From positions 118,048,001-118,112,000 of the forward strand of contig NC_043002.1 of the NCBI RefSeq assembly GCF_006345805.1: a stretch of DNA of 64,000 bases, written 5' to 3'. Shown piece after piece: positions 38,689-50,325 of the stretch; the stretch's first letter is position 1, and each line of letters starts with the position of its first letter. The position numbers and the translations under genes are program-made. The DNA is from Octopus sinensis. Lineage: Eukaryota. A model generated the notes under the pieces. The model was given only the letters and a program-made list of their open reading frames with translations. It was not told the origin of the DNA and searched no databases.

Positions 38689-38859
38689 TTACGAGAAAAA
38701 TAATTCACCAAAAATTAATTTGTGATGGTGTTATTAATTCTATTATTATCCAATGTAACTATTTTAAAAATGATAATAACAGAATCAATGACACAGGCGA
38801 TAGCAGGCCAAAAAATAGCAATATATATATATATATATACACACACATATAAATATATA

Positions 38860-39134
38860 GGTTGGACCCTCCTGTCGGAGTGTTCAGCTTTTGCCAAACG
38901 ACTTGCACAAATGATTTATTTATAATGATCAAATGTTCGTGCCACCCTCTCCCTTAAATTAACGTTGTCTGAACAGGTGCATAGTGTGCCACGCATCAGG
39001 TGTTGAAGTGATCACGGAGCAATGTGATATGAAGTGTTTTGCTCAAGAACATAATGCGCCAGCTGATCTAGGAATTGAAACCATGATCTCGCAATCGTGA
39101 GTGCAACGCTCTAACCACTAAGCCATGTGCCCAC
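38860..39134 (-). mobile_element. tRNA-derived SINE (distinct family, CORE-like body)
   Basis: The reverse strand has A box tggcttagtggttagagc and B box ggtttcaattcc, then gttcttgagcaaaacactt. Confidence 0.7.
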
Positions 39135-39159
39135 ATATATGTACATACACACACACATA

Positions 39160-39373
39160 TAAGGATTCATAAATTACCTTTACAATTTCCCCAATTTGTT
39201 GTCTAGAAGAAGTGTTACATGCAACTAATGGAATCCATGGGGAAGTGTTCTTCAGTTTCTAATAAACCTTTTATTTGTTTGCTTAGGTTTTCCAATAAAT
39301 TCTGTTGAAATATCTTTATTTTTCATTGTCATCTGAATTATTCAAATTGTAAAGGTAATTTATGGACATGCTA
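39160..39373. mobile_element. Tc1/mariner-type MITE (~210 bp)
   Basis: TIRs cataaattacctttacaattt / aaattgtaaaggtaatttatg, with TA at the flanks. Confidence 0.7.
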
Positions 39374-40496
39374 TTTATATATCATCATCATTTAACATCC
39401 GTTTTTCATGCTGGCAATGATTTGACAGGAGCTGATAAGGCCAGGGGCCACACCAGGCTCTATTGTCTGTTCTGGCATGGTTTCTACTGCTTGATGCTAA
39501 CCACTTTACAGTGGTAACCAGCACCTGTGCTTTTAACATGACACTAACACCAGCACAAGCACCAGTTCTTAGTAGATATTTAAAAAAAAATACAACCATT
39601 TTAGGAGGTCTTACAGACAATAGCACTCTCATAGCTGTGACAGCCTTTATGTCTTGACTGCCTTAGGGAAGGAGAGAAATAAAGTATTAAAAATGTCAGA
39701 CAATGCTATTAGAATTATAAGTAATGTCGTGGGAGTCAGCAAAAACATAGATAGAAATGTGTTCCTTGGACAAATAACCAGGAAAGCCAGCAAAGACTTG
39801 ACAATATCTTGATGTATGACAAAATGCATGGCATTTTTACAGAACAAGAAATTATTTTAGGAATACCGCTTTTATTGATTTTGTTGTGAACGAGTACAAT
39901 TGACATGAGAGTAGCAAAGAAATCGATTGTTTTTCCTATCACAACTACCTCAGATTTAATCATTTCATTTAGTTCAGTATCCAACAGCAATCAATAAAAA
40001 TTATACAAACATATATTCCAGTGGTGCACAGACTTTTTAAATTTTAATACATTTTTGAGTGGTTAGTTTTTGCATATATATTAAAATTCGTAAAAATTAA
40101 TGAATCAATAGTGATTTAATGAAAATCATATTTTCACCTGCAGTTCCTCAACATTTTGAAAATTTGAAGGAGAGTGTAGAAATAGGAATATCAACAGCAT
40201 TTTATTGCTTTGGTTAGTTTCTAGGATTGTAGTTTTGATTTAGTTTTAAGGTTAAAATTATCCAAAGCAATAGTTTCACAGTTAGCATCCATGCTATTTT
40301 GCTCTTATATATTAAGTTTTATATATATATATATATTTGTAACTGTAATATGATAAAACTCTGGGTTTCGGATGCCAAAACTCGGAGTTTTATCATGTCT
40401 ACCGAATAATTGTCACATATTACATTTACAAATAAATTCCTCTATTTACATAATATCGAGGTCTCTTTCATTCTTTTGTTGTCTTACCGTTTTTAT

Positions 40497-40529
<33 letters not shown>

Positions 40530-40875
40530 AAGTTTTCTATGAAGCAACACACCCTGAAGAGCACCCTACAAATATTTCTTGGTGTCAATGAACTAAAAAT
40601 CGCAGAAGGAATAAATACATTTTGTTGTAAGATATGTGACTGTGTGTGTGTGTGAAATTAATAAATATAGTTTACGATGAAAATTTAGTTTCATTTTTGG
40701 TTAAACACTGACAACTGCAGAGCTCACTACAGTTCACGTGGATTTAGCATTTCTGACCGTCGCTCACTCCCACTTAATTTGTTTTAGTCTCCCTTTACCA
40801 GCAGGACTGGCAAGGACTTTACCAGCAGCACTGCATTTAATCAAATGTAAGATATGAAGCCTTAACTCTTCCAAG

Positions 40876-41280
40876 CTTTGAAAAGAATTTCAACATTTTT
40901 CTCAAAGTCAATGGCTTGAATCGCTCCTGCTGGATGAAATCATTGGAAGGTGATGTCTGGAGTACATTTTTCAGTCATTGTTTAGGCACAAACATTAAAA
41001 AATTGTTAAGCTTCCACTTTTTTAAACCTAAAAGAAAAAAAAAATTAAAGAAAGGAACTTCTAGTTTTGTTTTGAATGTAGAGAAACATGGGGTGTTCTG
41101 AATTTCTAGCACAAATCAGCAATCTCTAAATGTTCTTTGCTGCATATGGTTGGATATAGTTAGACTGAGGTTTTTCTGACCAACAATTTGTGAGAATATT
41201 TTGTTCTCAATTTGTTAAAATTCTATTGAATTGTTCCACTTGTATCCCTTCTGTTTTAAAAGTATTCTATGTGTCGATTG
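40876..41280 (+). mobile_element. Second hAT remnant related to 37650-38415
   Basis: Shares an ~85-bp segment with 4 differences. The downstream extent is uncertain. Confidence 0.5.
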
Positions 41281-41797
41281 CAGGTTTTAACCCATGAGCA
41301 TTTAAACCAGCCTTATTCAGCCAAAATAACCTACCCCTTTTATCTTCAAACAGGCCAGATCTGACCTCTCACACTTGCCCTACAATATTATTCTAGAAAT
41401 AAACAACTATGTCATAGAAATCTCAAGGTATGACTAATTCATATCAATGGGAATAAATAAGCATTACTTTTGACAAAGTAATCTGAATGACAAAGAATGA
41501 AGCTAATCTTTGTCTCTCCTGTCTGTTTGCTTTTCTTTAATCTACTCTTCTTTACGTTACTAAAATTATACCTGGACAAGATGGTATACTTTATTCACAT
41601 AAAATAACTTTATATCTAAATAGTACTGAAATAAAAAGAAATGGAAATCTGAAGTTAAATCTTGAACTGGTTACATCAGACACTGATATGTTAGGAATAC
41701 AGCATTAAGTAAACAATAAATGCTCTGCAAGCAAACATTACATTTCAAACAAAATACTATGAAATATTCTTTCTCATTCAAGTGAATTTTGGTATGC

Positions 41798-41799
<2 letters not shown>

Positions 41800-41848
<49 letters not shown>

Positions 41849-41874
41849 TGTGTATGTGTGTGTTTGTGTGTGTG

Positions 41875-41907
<33 letters not shown>

Positions 41908-42060
41908 TGTATGTGTGTGTTTGTGTGTGTGTGTGTGTGTGTGTATGCGTGTGTGTATGCGTGTGTGGTGTGTGTGTGTGGTGTGTGTGTGTGTGTATGT
42001 GTGTGTGGTGTGTGTGTGTGTGTGTTTGTGTTTGTGTGTGTTTGTGTGTGTGTCTCTGTG
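41800..42060. repeat. (GT)n microsatellite
   Basis: Directly visible in the sequence. Confidence 0.97.
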
Positions 42061-42407
42061 TATATGTGTATTGTTGATAAAACAAATCTGAAAAAGAAAC
42101 ATATTCTAAGTTATAGAGCAGTATATAATACACCGACCTTATCTAACTTTATATATACACAGACACACACACAAAAATGTATGTGTATGTGTATAGATAT
42201 ATACATTTGTCAATATTGTCAATATCTATCTATTTGTCTATCTATCTCTCTCTCTATCTATCTATCTACCTATATTCATACTCGACATTTTCATTATCTC
42301 CCATCTTTCTTGCCATCCATCATTTCTCCCCTACCACCACCACCCATTTTTATTGTTATTCATTACACATACTTTCTTTTGCTCACCCTTCACACATTAT
42401 CAACCCC

Positions 42408-42440
<33 letters not shown>

Positions 42441-43409
42441 TTATTCCCTTCTCTTTCATTCATCATAGGCATCCATCACTCTTCCCATCATGCCACCTTA
42501 GTAATGGCTATATCATAAATGTCTCTTTCTCTCCTTTCTTTTCTGCTCTCACTTTTATCACTGGTTATTTCTATTATTCTCTCCTCTATTACTCTATTAC
42601 TCTGATTCTTTTTCCTTCACTTTCTCTTCTGTCATTCAGTCATGTTGCTTCTGTTTCATCTTTTTGTCAACACCCATCATGTATCTCTCTCTCTCTCTCT
42701 CTCTCTCTCTACTCTTTTGCACCTATAGCTCTGATGATACCTTCCTTTTTTTTTCTACCACCTTCTGCTCTGATTCTCTTCCCACTCAGTAATATTGGAA
42801 AGAAAGGAATAAATGAATGGAGACAGTGCAAAGGATGAACCTTCTTTAGTCTTGCTGGTGGGAGGATCACCTGTGAATGTATGAGCAGAGACAATTTGAG
42901 GAGAGAGGAGAACTTTAGTCTTGCTGGAAACAAGACAACTTCTCTGGTGTTGATGCTACAATAAAACTTCATCAAGTACATTTTGCTAAGTGGTTGGCAA
43001 CAGGAAGAGTATCCAACCACAGAGACCATGTCAGAAGTGTAACATGCAAGATGAATTTCTCAACCTATCTTGGTGATAGTACCTCTAAAAATATCTGACT
43101 TGGATCATAACAACCAATTCAACTCAAGTAAGAGTAGGAGAAAATGAATGTAAAACGATGATGATGATGACAATAATGGCAACAACTAATATGATTAGAA
43201 ATCAAAATTAATATGTGTAACATAATTAAAATTCACTAAACTGAAAACCATGTTCACTTGTTTAATTGATTGTAAACTAATGTTTGCACAAATGGAGAAA
43301 AAGCCACAAAATCATCTAATTGATTATCGTTCTTACCTGAATGATAGCTAATTGGTCGTCAAGTGGTGGGGGGTGGGGTAGCTATATATATATATATATG
43401 ACAGGTGGT

Positions 43410-43505
<96 letters not shown>

Positions 43506-43594
43506 CAGGTGGTGGATATATATATATATATATATATAATTCGATCTTGTGTTGATGTCTGGTGTGTAGTTCTGCAAATTATATTTGTATGGAC

Positions 43595-43672
43595 GATCAT
43601 ACTGAAGATCTACAGATAAAATGCGTAAGTAGAATTACGTAATTTATTGATAGTGAAACGTTGTTTATGATT
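43595..43672 (+). ncRNA. Type I hammerhead-like motif with an intact core and extended stem II
   Basis: atcata CTGAAGA t cta..taaa.tgcgtaa gtagaa ttacgta.ttta..tag t GAAAC gtt GTT tatgat. Stem I is 6 bp. Confidence 0.65.
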
Positions 43673-43822
43673 AATCTATATTTTTGTTACTTTTCATGTC
43701 TTGCTCGCTTACGTTTCTGGTGTTTGCTAAATTTTCTAGAGAACAATTCTTAGTGGTAAGACCATAACGGATCTTCTAGCATAAGGGTTTCCACATAGTG
43801 GTAATTCCCTCTTATATGTATG

Positions 43823-43861
<39 letters not shown>

Positions 43862-43864
<3 letters not shown>

Positions 43865-44025
43865 CAGGCTTCTTTCAGTTTCCTTCTACCAAATCTACTC
43901 ACAAGGTTTTGGTTGGCCTGAGGCTATATTAGAAGACACTTGCGCAAGGTGCCATGCAGTGGGACTGAATCCTGGAACCATGTGTTTGGGAAGCAAGCTT
44001 CTTACCACACAGCCATGCATGTGCC
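43862..44025 (-). mobile_element. tRNA-derived SINE
   Basis: Reverse complement of the 30181 family. Confidence 0.8.
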
Positions 44026-44343
44026 TTTTTAATCATCACCATGGGGATAATTAAAACAATTATTATTTGAAAGATAATGCTGACATGTGATTATATATCA
44101 TCCTCATCAGTTATCATCCACTTTCAACTGGATGAATACCATAGATCACCATTTCATTATTTCTTGTGCAGTCTATATGCATTCATAATATCTTAGGTCT
44201 GTGCAATTCTTCATATTATCAATGCACATATTTTGTAGTTTTTCTCTTCCACTTTCATTTTGCTACATATTACAGTCTCCATGAAGCATGTTTTCCTAAT
44301 TAAGTATCCCAAATATTCTTTTCTATTCTATGTATATATATAC

Positions 44344-44378
<35 letters not shown>

Positions 44379-44408
44379 TGTATATATATATATATATATA
44401 TGTATATA

Positions 44409-44461
<53 letters not shown>

Positions 44462-45657
44462 CATATATATATATGTATGTATATATATATATATATGTAT
44501 ATCACCATCGTCGTCATTGTCGTCATCATCATTTAATTTCTCTGTTCCATGCTGGCATGGGTTGGATGGTTTTACAGGAATCAATGTGTCCAAGGACTGC
44601 TGCGTGCTCCAATGTCTGATTTGGTATAATGTTTATGGTTGGACACCCTTCTTAACACCAACCGCTTAACAACATGGACTGGGTGCTTTTTCCATAATAC
44701 CTACACTATTATATGACAGTCTTTTTTCAGTTTTTGTTTGTGGAATTCACTCACAAGGTTTTGGTCAGTCTGGGACTATTGTAGAAGGCACTTGCCCAAG
44801 GTGTCACACTATGAGACTGAACCCAGAACCATGTGGATGGGAAACAAACTTTTTACAACAAAAAATTTCTTAACCTTATTCCTAATTGCATATTGACAAA
44901 GCATCATTAATTAATAGAGGTTTGTTCATAAGACAGCTTTTGATAACTTGAGTAAGGTTTTGCAAAAAAAAAGAAATTGAAGTTTGTGATTTGATCTGAA
45001 CCATTGATTAGAAACATATTGATCATTGATTAAATAGAGTATGTTGTAAGCAGAAAGTCAAGCAGCATAAACGAAACAACAAATGACGCTTCTCTAAAGG
45101 TTAGAAGATAGTAGTGATATCAATAACACAAGCTGCAACATTCTGGCAAGAGTAAAAAAAAAAGAAAAAAAAAGAAAAAAAAGAAGCCCTGTAAATTGAG
45201 TTCATCAAAACATAGTATAAAGCTCATGAAATGAACAGCATTTTTCTTGGACTGTTTCCAATGACTTCTGTGTTCAATGTATAGAAAGGGTATTTATTGA
45301 TTAGCATCCACCTAATATGTGGTTTTCTACTACCACAATGTCAAATACCAAGATTTACTATAAAAGAAGAAAATTTAAGCTGCATAAACTGAAATTACTA
45401 AAGAGGGAGAAGAATTGAATTTTTATAAAAGTTTTATGTATACTTCTATGCAATGTTTATATATACTTTTATGGATTTTTATGTACACTTTTATAAGGTG
45501 CAGACTTGGTCGTGTGATTAAGAAGCTTACGTTCCAAAGCATGTGGTCGTGGGGCAAATGTCTTCTACTATTGCCCCATGCAGATCAAAGGATTATGAGT
45601 AGACTTGGTTGATGAAAACTAAAAGCAGTCCATCATGTGTGTACCTGTGTGTGTGTG

Positions 45658-45705
<48 letters not shown>

Positions 45706-45981
45706 CATATGTTTACATATATTCTTTTATTCTTTTACTTGTTTCAGTCATTAGACTCTGGCCATGCTGGGGCTCTGCCTTGAACTTTTAATCAAATGAA
45801 TCAACCCCAGTACTTACATTTTCCTTTTAAGCCTGGTACTTATTTTCTTGCTTCCTTTTGCTGAACCACTAAGTTACAGGGATGTAAACACACCAGCACC
45901 AGTTGTCAAGTGGTAGTGGGTTGTGGTGGTGGGGGGACACAAACACTGACACAAAGGCACACACACAGATATATATACATA

Positions 45982-46382
45982 TACAGGGTGGACCTGAATG
46001 ACTTGGAGGGATCATTGTCAATCATGGCCTGAATCTCACCAGCAAATTTAGGAGTTCTTTTCTTATCAGAACAATTGGAATGAGTTCTCCGAGCTGCTGT
46101 ACCTTCATAATCACCATTAAATTCATCCAACTCTGAATTCTCTACACTGACAACCAATTAATCTGAAATGCTTGTATTGGAGCTTCAGGAGTGAATGCCA
46201 AGCAGTAGAGCATGTCATTTCCAAATTTCTGGCAGAGTGAATGGCATCATTATGCTGGTTTTCTCACAGATGGTGCCCAACTGACCCTACTATACTGTCT
46301 AGTCAACAAAATCAAAAACAGACGATGCACATGCACAAAATAAAAAATATAAAATGGTGACATTTTACCCATTGTACCCTGT
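45982..46382 (-). mobile_element. Truncated maT-like transposon (5' end and HTH region)
   Basis: Ends tacagggt...accctgta. Reads RTPKFAGEIQAMIDNDPSKSFRS. The terminal region matches 3320-3456. Confidence 0.72.
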
Positions 46383-46403
46383 ATATATGTATGTGTATAT
46401 ATA

Positions 46404-46517
<114 letters not shown>

Positions 46518-46742
46518 TATATATATATATATTTACACATACAACAAGCTTCTTTCAGTTTCCATCTACGAAATCCATTCTCAAGGCCTTGATTGATCTG
46601 AGGCTATAGTAGTAAACACTTGCCTAAGGTGCCACATTGTGACTGAACCTGGAACCATGTGGTTGGGAAGTAAGCTTCTTACCACACAGATATTGATGCA
46701 AGCATACATACATACATATACATATATATGTATATATATATG

Positions 46743-46794
<52 letters not shown>

Positions 46795-46828
46795 TATATG
46801 TACATATATGTATCTATGTATGTATATA

Positions 46829-47125
46829 TGGGGGTTGGACAAAATAATGGAAACACCTTAAAATTTCAAACAAATTTATTTTAATATGGGGTAGGACCGC
46901 TTTTGGCAGTAATTACAACTTGAATTCTATGAGGTATGGACTCATACAAAGTTTGAATTGTTTCCAAAGGAATTTTGGTCCATTCTTCAGCTAAAACAGT
47001 CTCTAGTTCTTGTAGTGATGATGGTAGAGGATATCGACACCTTATTTGTTTTTCTAAAATGCACCATAAATGTTCAATAATATTGAGATCTGTGGACTGT
47101 GGTGGCCAGATAAGACGTTCAACTT
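46829..47125 (-). mobile_element. Tc1 (DD34E-type) transposon 3' end
   Basis: WPPQSTDLNIIEHLW..LAEEWTKIP..LYESIPHRIQVVITAKSGPTPY, followed by a TIR-like end ggggttggacaaaataatggaaacacc. Confidence 0.85.
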
Positions 47126-48179
47126 CACGCACACATACACACATATATAAATATATCATGATGATGATGATGATGATATATGTATGTGCATGTGTGTGCA
47201 TGTGTGTGTGTGTGTATATGAATATGAGTCTCTTTTGTTTATGCGCATCAAAGAAAAGTCTATTTTTATATTTGCATTTTGAGATGATATAGCGAAGAAA
47301 TGATTATGCAATTCCTGGCTTTTCTGAGTTGCATACTTTTTTCGTTTTTGATATTTTTGATTTTTCAAATTGTCTGTTCTATTTATATTGTCTTACTAAA
47401 ATCCTTATCATTCTTGTAATTTTCCACAAACTGTTTCAGGTTACTAACTTGATCAAAACATTTTACATCAACAACTTCTATCTGCTTATTAATCAAATAT
47501 CAAACACATAGTTCCCAATCAATCCAGAGAGATGTTTCATTCAAGGCTGTTTGAAGCAAGAAAATATCTATTGGTTTCATTCATTTCTCAATAGGCATCT
47601 GTGAAATACATAAACTATTTCAGTATAAATCTTGTTACTCTCTTTCTCCTTTCCTTCTTTACATTTCTGAGTAAGTAATCCATTAATTTTCAAAGGCATA
47701 AACTTCTGACTGTTGATTTTCTGCAAGCATTTTATAAACAGATTCTAAATTAGTCAACACATAATTACATCATAATTACTTTCCTTTTCAGTGTGTGTTT
47801 GAAATACTTTAAACAATGCAGGCACTTGCTAAAGATAAATCTCATTCATTTCATTCGCAAAGAATTTTTTAAATTACTGTGAATTGTGATAGAAAGAAGA
47901 GCATCAGAGCAGGAAATCGCTGCATCAGCCTGCAATGTGAGACCACATTAACAGCTAACAAGTCTTACTATTTATTCAGCTTCAACATAATCACAATATT
48001 CCTGGAGCATCTCATTTCAAATTGTGCAGGCATGAATATATTGATAAATTTTTACAGATAATTTTTTCAATATCAGTATCCATTATTTCTGATGCATGAT
48101 GGACTCAATTATTTAAAATATATGCTGGGCAACTCACTCTAATAAAATTATCACTTTTAAAACATTTCCTTCAATATTA

Positions 48180-48545
48180 AGGTGTAGGTATAGCTGTGTG
48201 ACCGAAAAGCTTACTTCCCAACCATGTTGTCTTGGGTTCAGTCCCACTGGGTGGCATCCTAGGCAAGTGTCTTTTACTACGGTGTCAGGCCATCTTGTGA
48301 GTGGATTTGGTAAACTGAAATTGAAAGAAACTTATCATATATATATGTGTGTGTATGTCTCTCTGTGTTTGTCCCAATTACTACTTGATAACTGGTGTTA
48401 TTTCCCTTGTGTCAGCAGTTTGGCAAAAGAGATAGTAATAAGCTTAAAAAAAATAAGTACTAAGGTTGATATGTTTGACTAAACTCTTCAGCATGGTACC
48501 TCAACATGACTGCATTCCAATGACTGAAACAAGTAAAGGATAAAA
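48180..48545 (+). mobile_element. tRNA-derived SINE
   Basis: B box gggttcagtcc, and the 3' end aatgactgaaacaagtaaagga. Confidence 0.75.
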
Positions 48546-48699
48546 TTTGCAAACACATTTTTATTTTCAATATACTCAAGTCTTCTAAATATTGCATTGC
48601 AGTCAGTACTTGTCAGTACCATTAACTTAAACAAGTATCAAGGGAAGTGGGGTCACCAAAGAAATGGTAAATGGTTTATGGCAGAAAAGAAATCACTTT

Positions 48700-49010
48700 A
48701 AACTTGCTAAAATAATATTCAGGATGCTTTACCTCTACTAAATAGAGAAGCAGATGTGTTACCTAAGATTAATTTTGAGGATCTGATTGAAGACTTTGCA
48801 ATTAAAAAAAGTAAGAGAAAACTTCTCAAATATAAAAAAAATGGAAGTATACAAAAGCAAACATTATTTTCCATCTTGCTGCTAGTTTTGTTTCATTTTG
48901 AAATATAAAAAATTATTTTATGGTTTATTATTGTTTATATTTTGAATTACATATGTATGAGGGCATCAAAATAAGCGCTTAGGACCACCATGGGTTTTGA
49001 TCCAGCCCTG
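48700..49010 (+). mobile_element. hAT 3' end (dimerisation-domain C-terminus and terminus)
   Basis: EADVLPKINFEDLIEDFAIKKSKRK, and the terminal sequence ...atccagccctg. Confidence 0.6.
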
Positions 49011-50093
49011 ATAGCAGTTGTCACGAATTTTTCAGAAAGACCATTTTTCCTAAGGTTTCCTTTACATAATTTGTGATTGTGTCTATAGTCTCATTTGGTG
49101 CATTCTTCCCAAAACATGAATCAGTTTCAACAGCAAACCATAATTCTTTCAAAATACCAAAGTAGTTTTATTGAATTCTAATTACTTTTTGTGAAGCAAT
49201 TCCATAGAATGCTATCTTATTTTCTTCAAGAAATTTCAAAGCATCTTTAACAGAATGTAGTGCAAGTGTAGAATAAGCAACTTCTGCTTTTGTTGGAGAA
49301 ATATAAAATTTCTTTGCCGCATCAGAATCAGAGAAAGTCTTTTCAACCAAAGCAGAGGAAGAGTACATGGACATGAAGCTATTGTTAGTGCAATGTAGAA
49401 GTACTTTCAGCAACAATAATATTATCAGTTTTACTACTTTGTGTGACAAAAAATATATCAGTTTCCTCGATGGTCCCACACCACGAACGAGGAAGGACAC
49501 TGGAGTCTGTTGAGATTTTTGAGAAACAAAATTTTATTCTTTTTGTACACAAAAAAATTGATGTTGTTGTTTCTATGAATGGCAAAATGTTGAGAGTTTT
49601 GAATGTTATTGTTCTCGGTGTAGTTATAGCAGCAAATAATGTGTTGTTAGTTGGTTGCCAGCTACTGACTTTGAATGTCATTTGTCCTCCGACTGTTCAT
49701 TGCCTTTTTGTTGTCAGCTGGTGTCTGTTGGCCATCTCCTACAATGTCTGTCAATGCTCTCTCTGCTGCATCTTAAAACTCTTTGTCTAGTAGTCATGGT
49801 ATGTTGAATTTATACTGGTTAATAGGCTCAGAAGGAAGCCTACCTAAAGATGAGATTGTCGTTGGAGCCTATCACACGTGAAGTTGTGATTGGTCAGATT
49901 TTGTTGATCACATGGGCAATATTCTAGTGAATTGCAGCATTGGCTGATTACAGAATATTCTTGCTACAAACTGCTTTCTTTGAGTTTACATGTGTTTGCA
50001 AACTATTAATACCTTTGTTTACTCTGTGCATCTGATTCACTCTTATCTCTCTTTAAACATGGTAGTTTACTCTGCAACTCTACAGTATGGTTA

Positions 50094-50325
50094 AGGCGAC
50101 AAGCTGGCAGAAACGTTAGCACACTGGGTGAAATGCTTACTGGTATTTCGTCTGCCGTTACGTTCTGAGTTCAAATTCCGCCAAGGTTGACTTTGCCTTT
50201 CATCCTTTCAGGGCTGATTAAATAAGTACCAGTTATGCACTGGGGTCAATATAATCGACTTAATCTGTTTGTCTGTCCTTGTTTGTCCCCTCTGTGTGTA
50301 GCCCCTTGTGGGCAGTAAAGAAATA
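50094..50325 (+). mobile_element. tRNA-derived SINE, full length, second family
   Basis: A box agctggcagaaacgttagc, B box gagttcaaattcc and body gactttgcctttcatcctttc..aagtaccag. Related pieces at 19075, 21200, 25970 and 54590. Confidence 0.82.

Larger units (their letters stand above)
47270..49480 (-). mobile_element. Decayed hAT transposase interrupted by a SINE and by another hAT 3' end
   Basis: NSFMSM..FSDSDAAKKF..TKAE (49.2-49.4 kb), DIEKIICKIYQY..LQEYCDYVE..FPALMLFFLSQ (47.9-48.1 kb) and FDQVSNLKQFVE (47.4 kb). Confidence 0.65.

Noticed and set aside
38330-40963. 85-bp sequence present twice with apparent splice signals (possible duplicated host exon)
   Set aside because: It continues in register with hAT transposase remnants (HCYRHSLNLV..LLDEIVG), so it is transposon-derived.
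41287-41500. Possible piggyBac-type MITE (ttaaccc... start)
   Set aside because: The right TIR and TTAA are too degraded to support a call.
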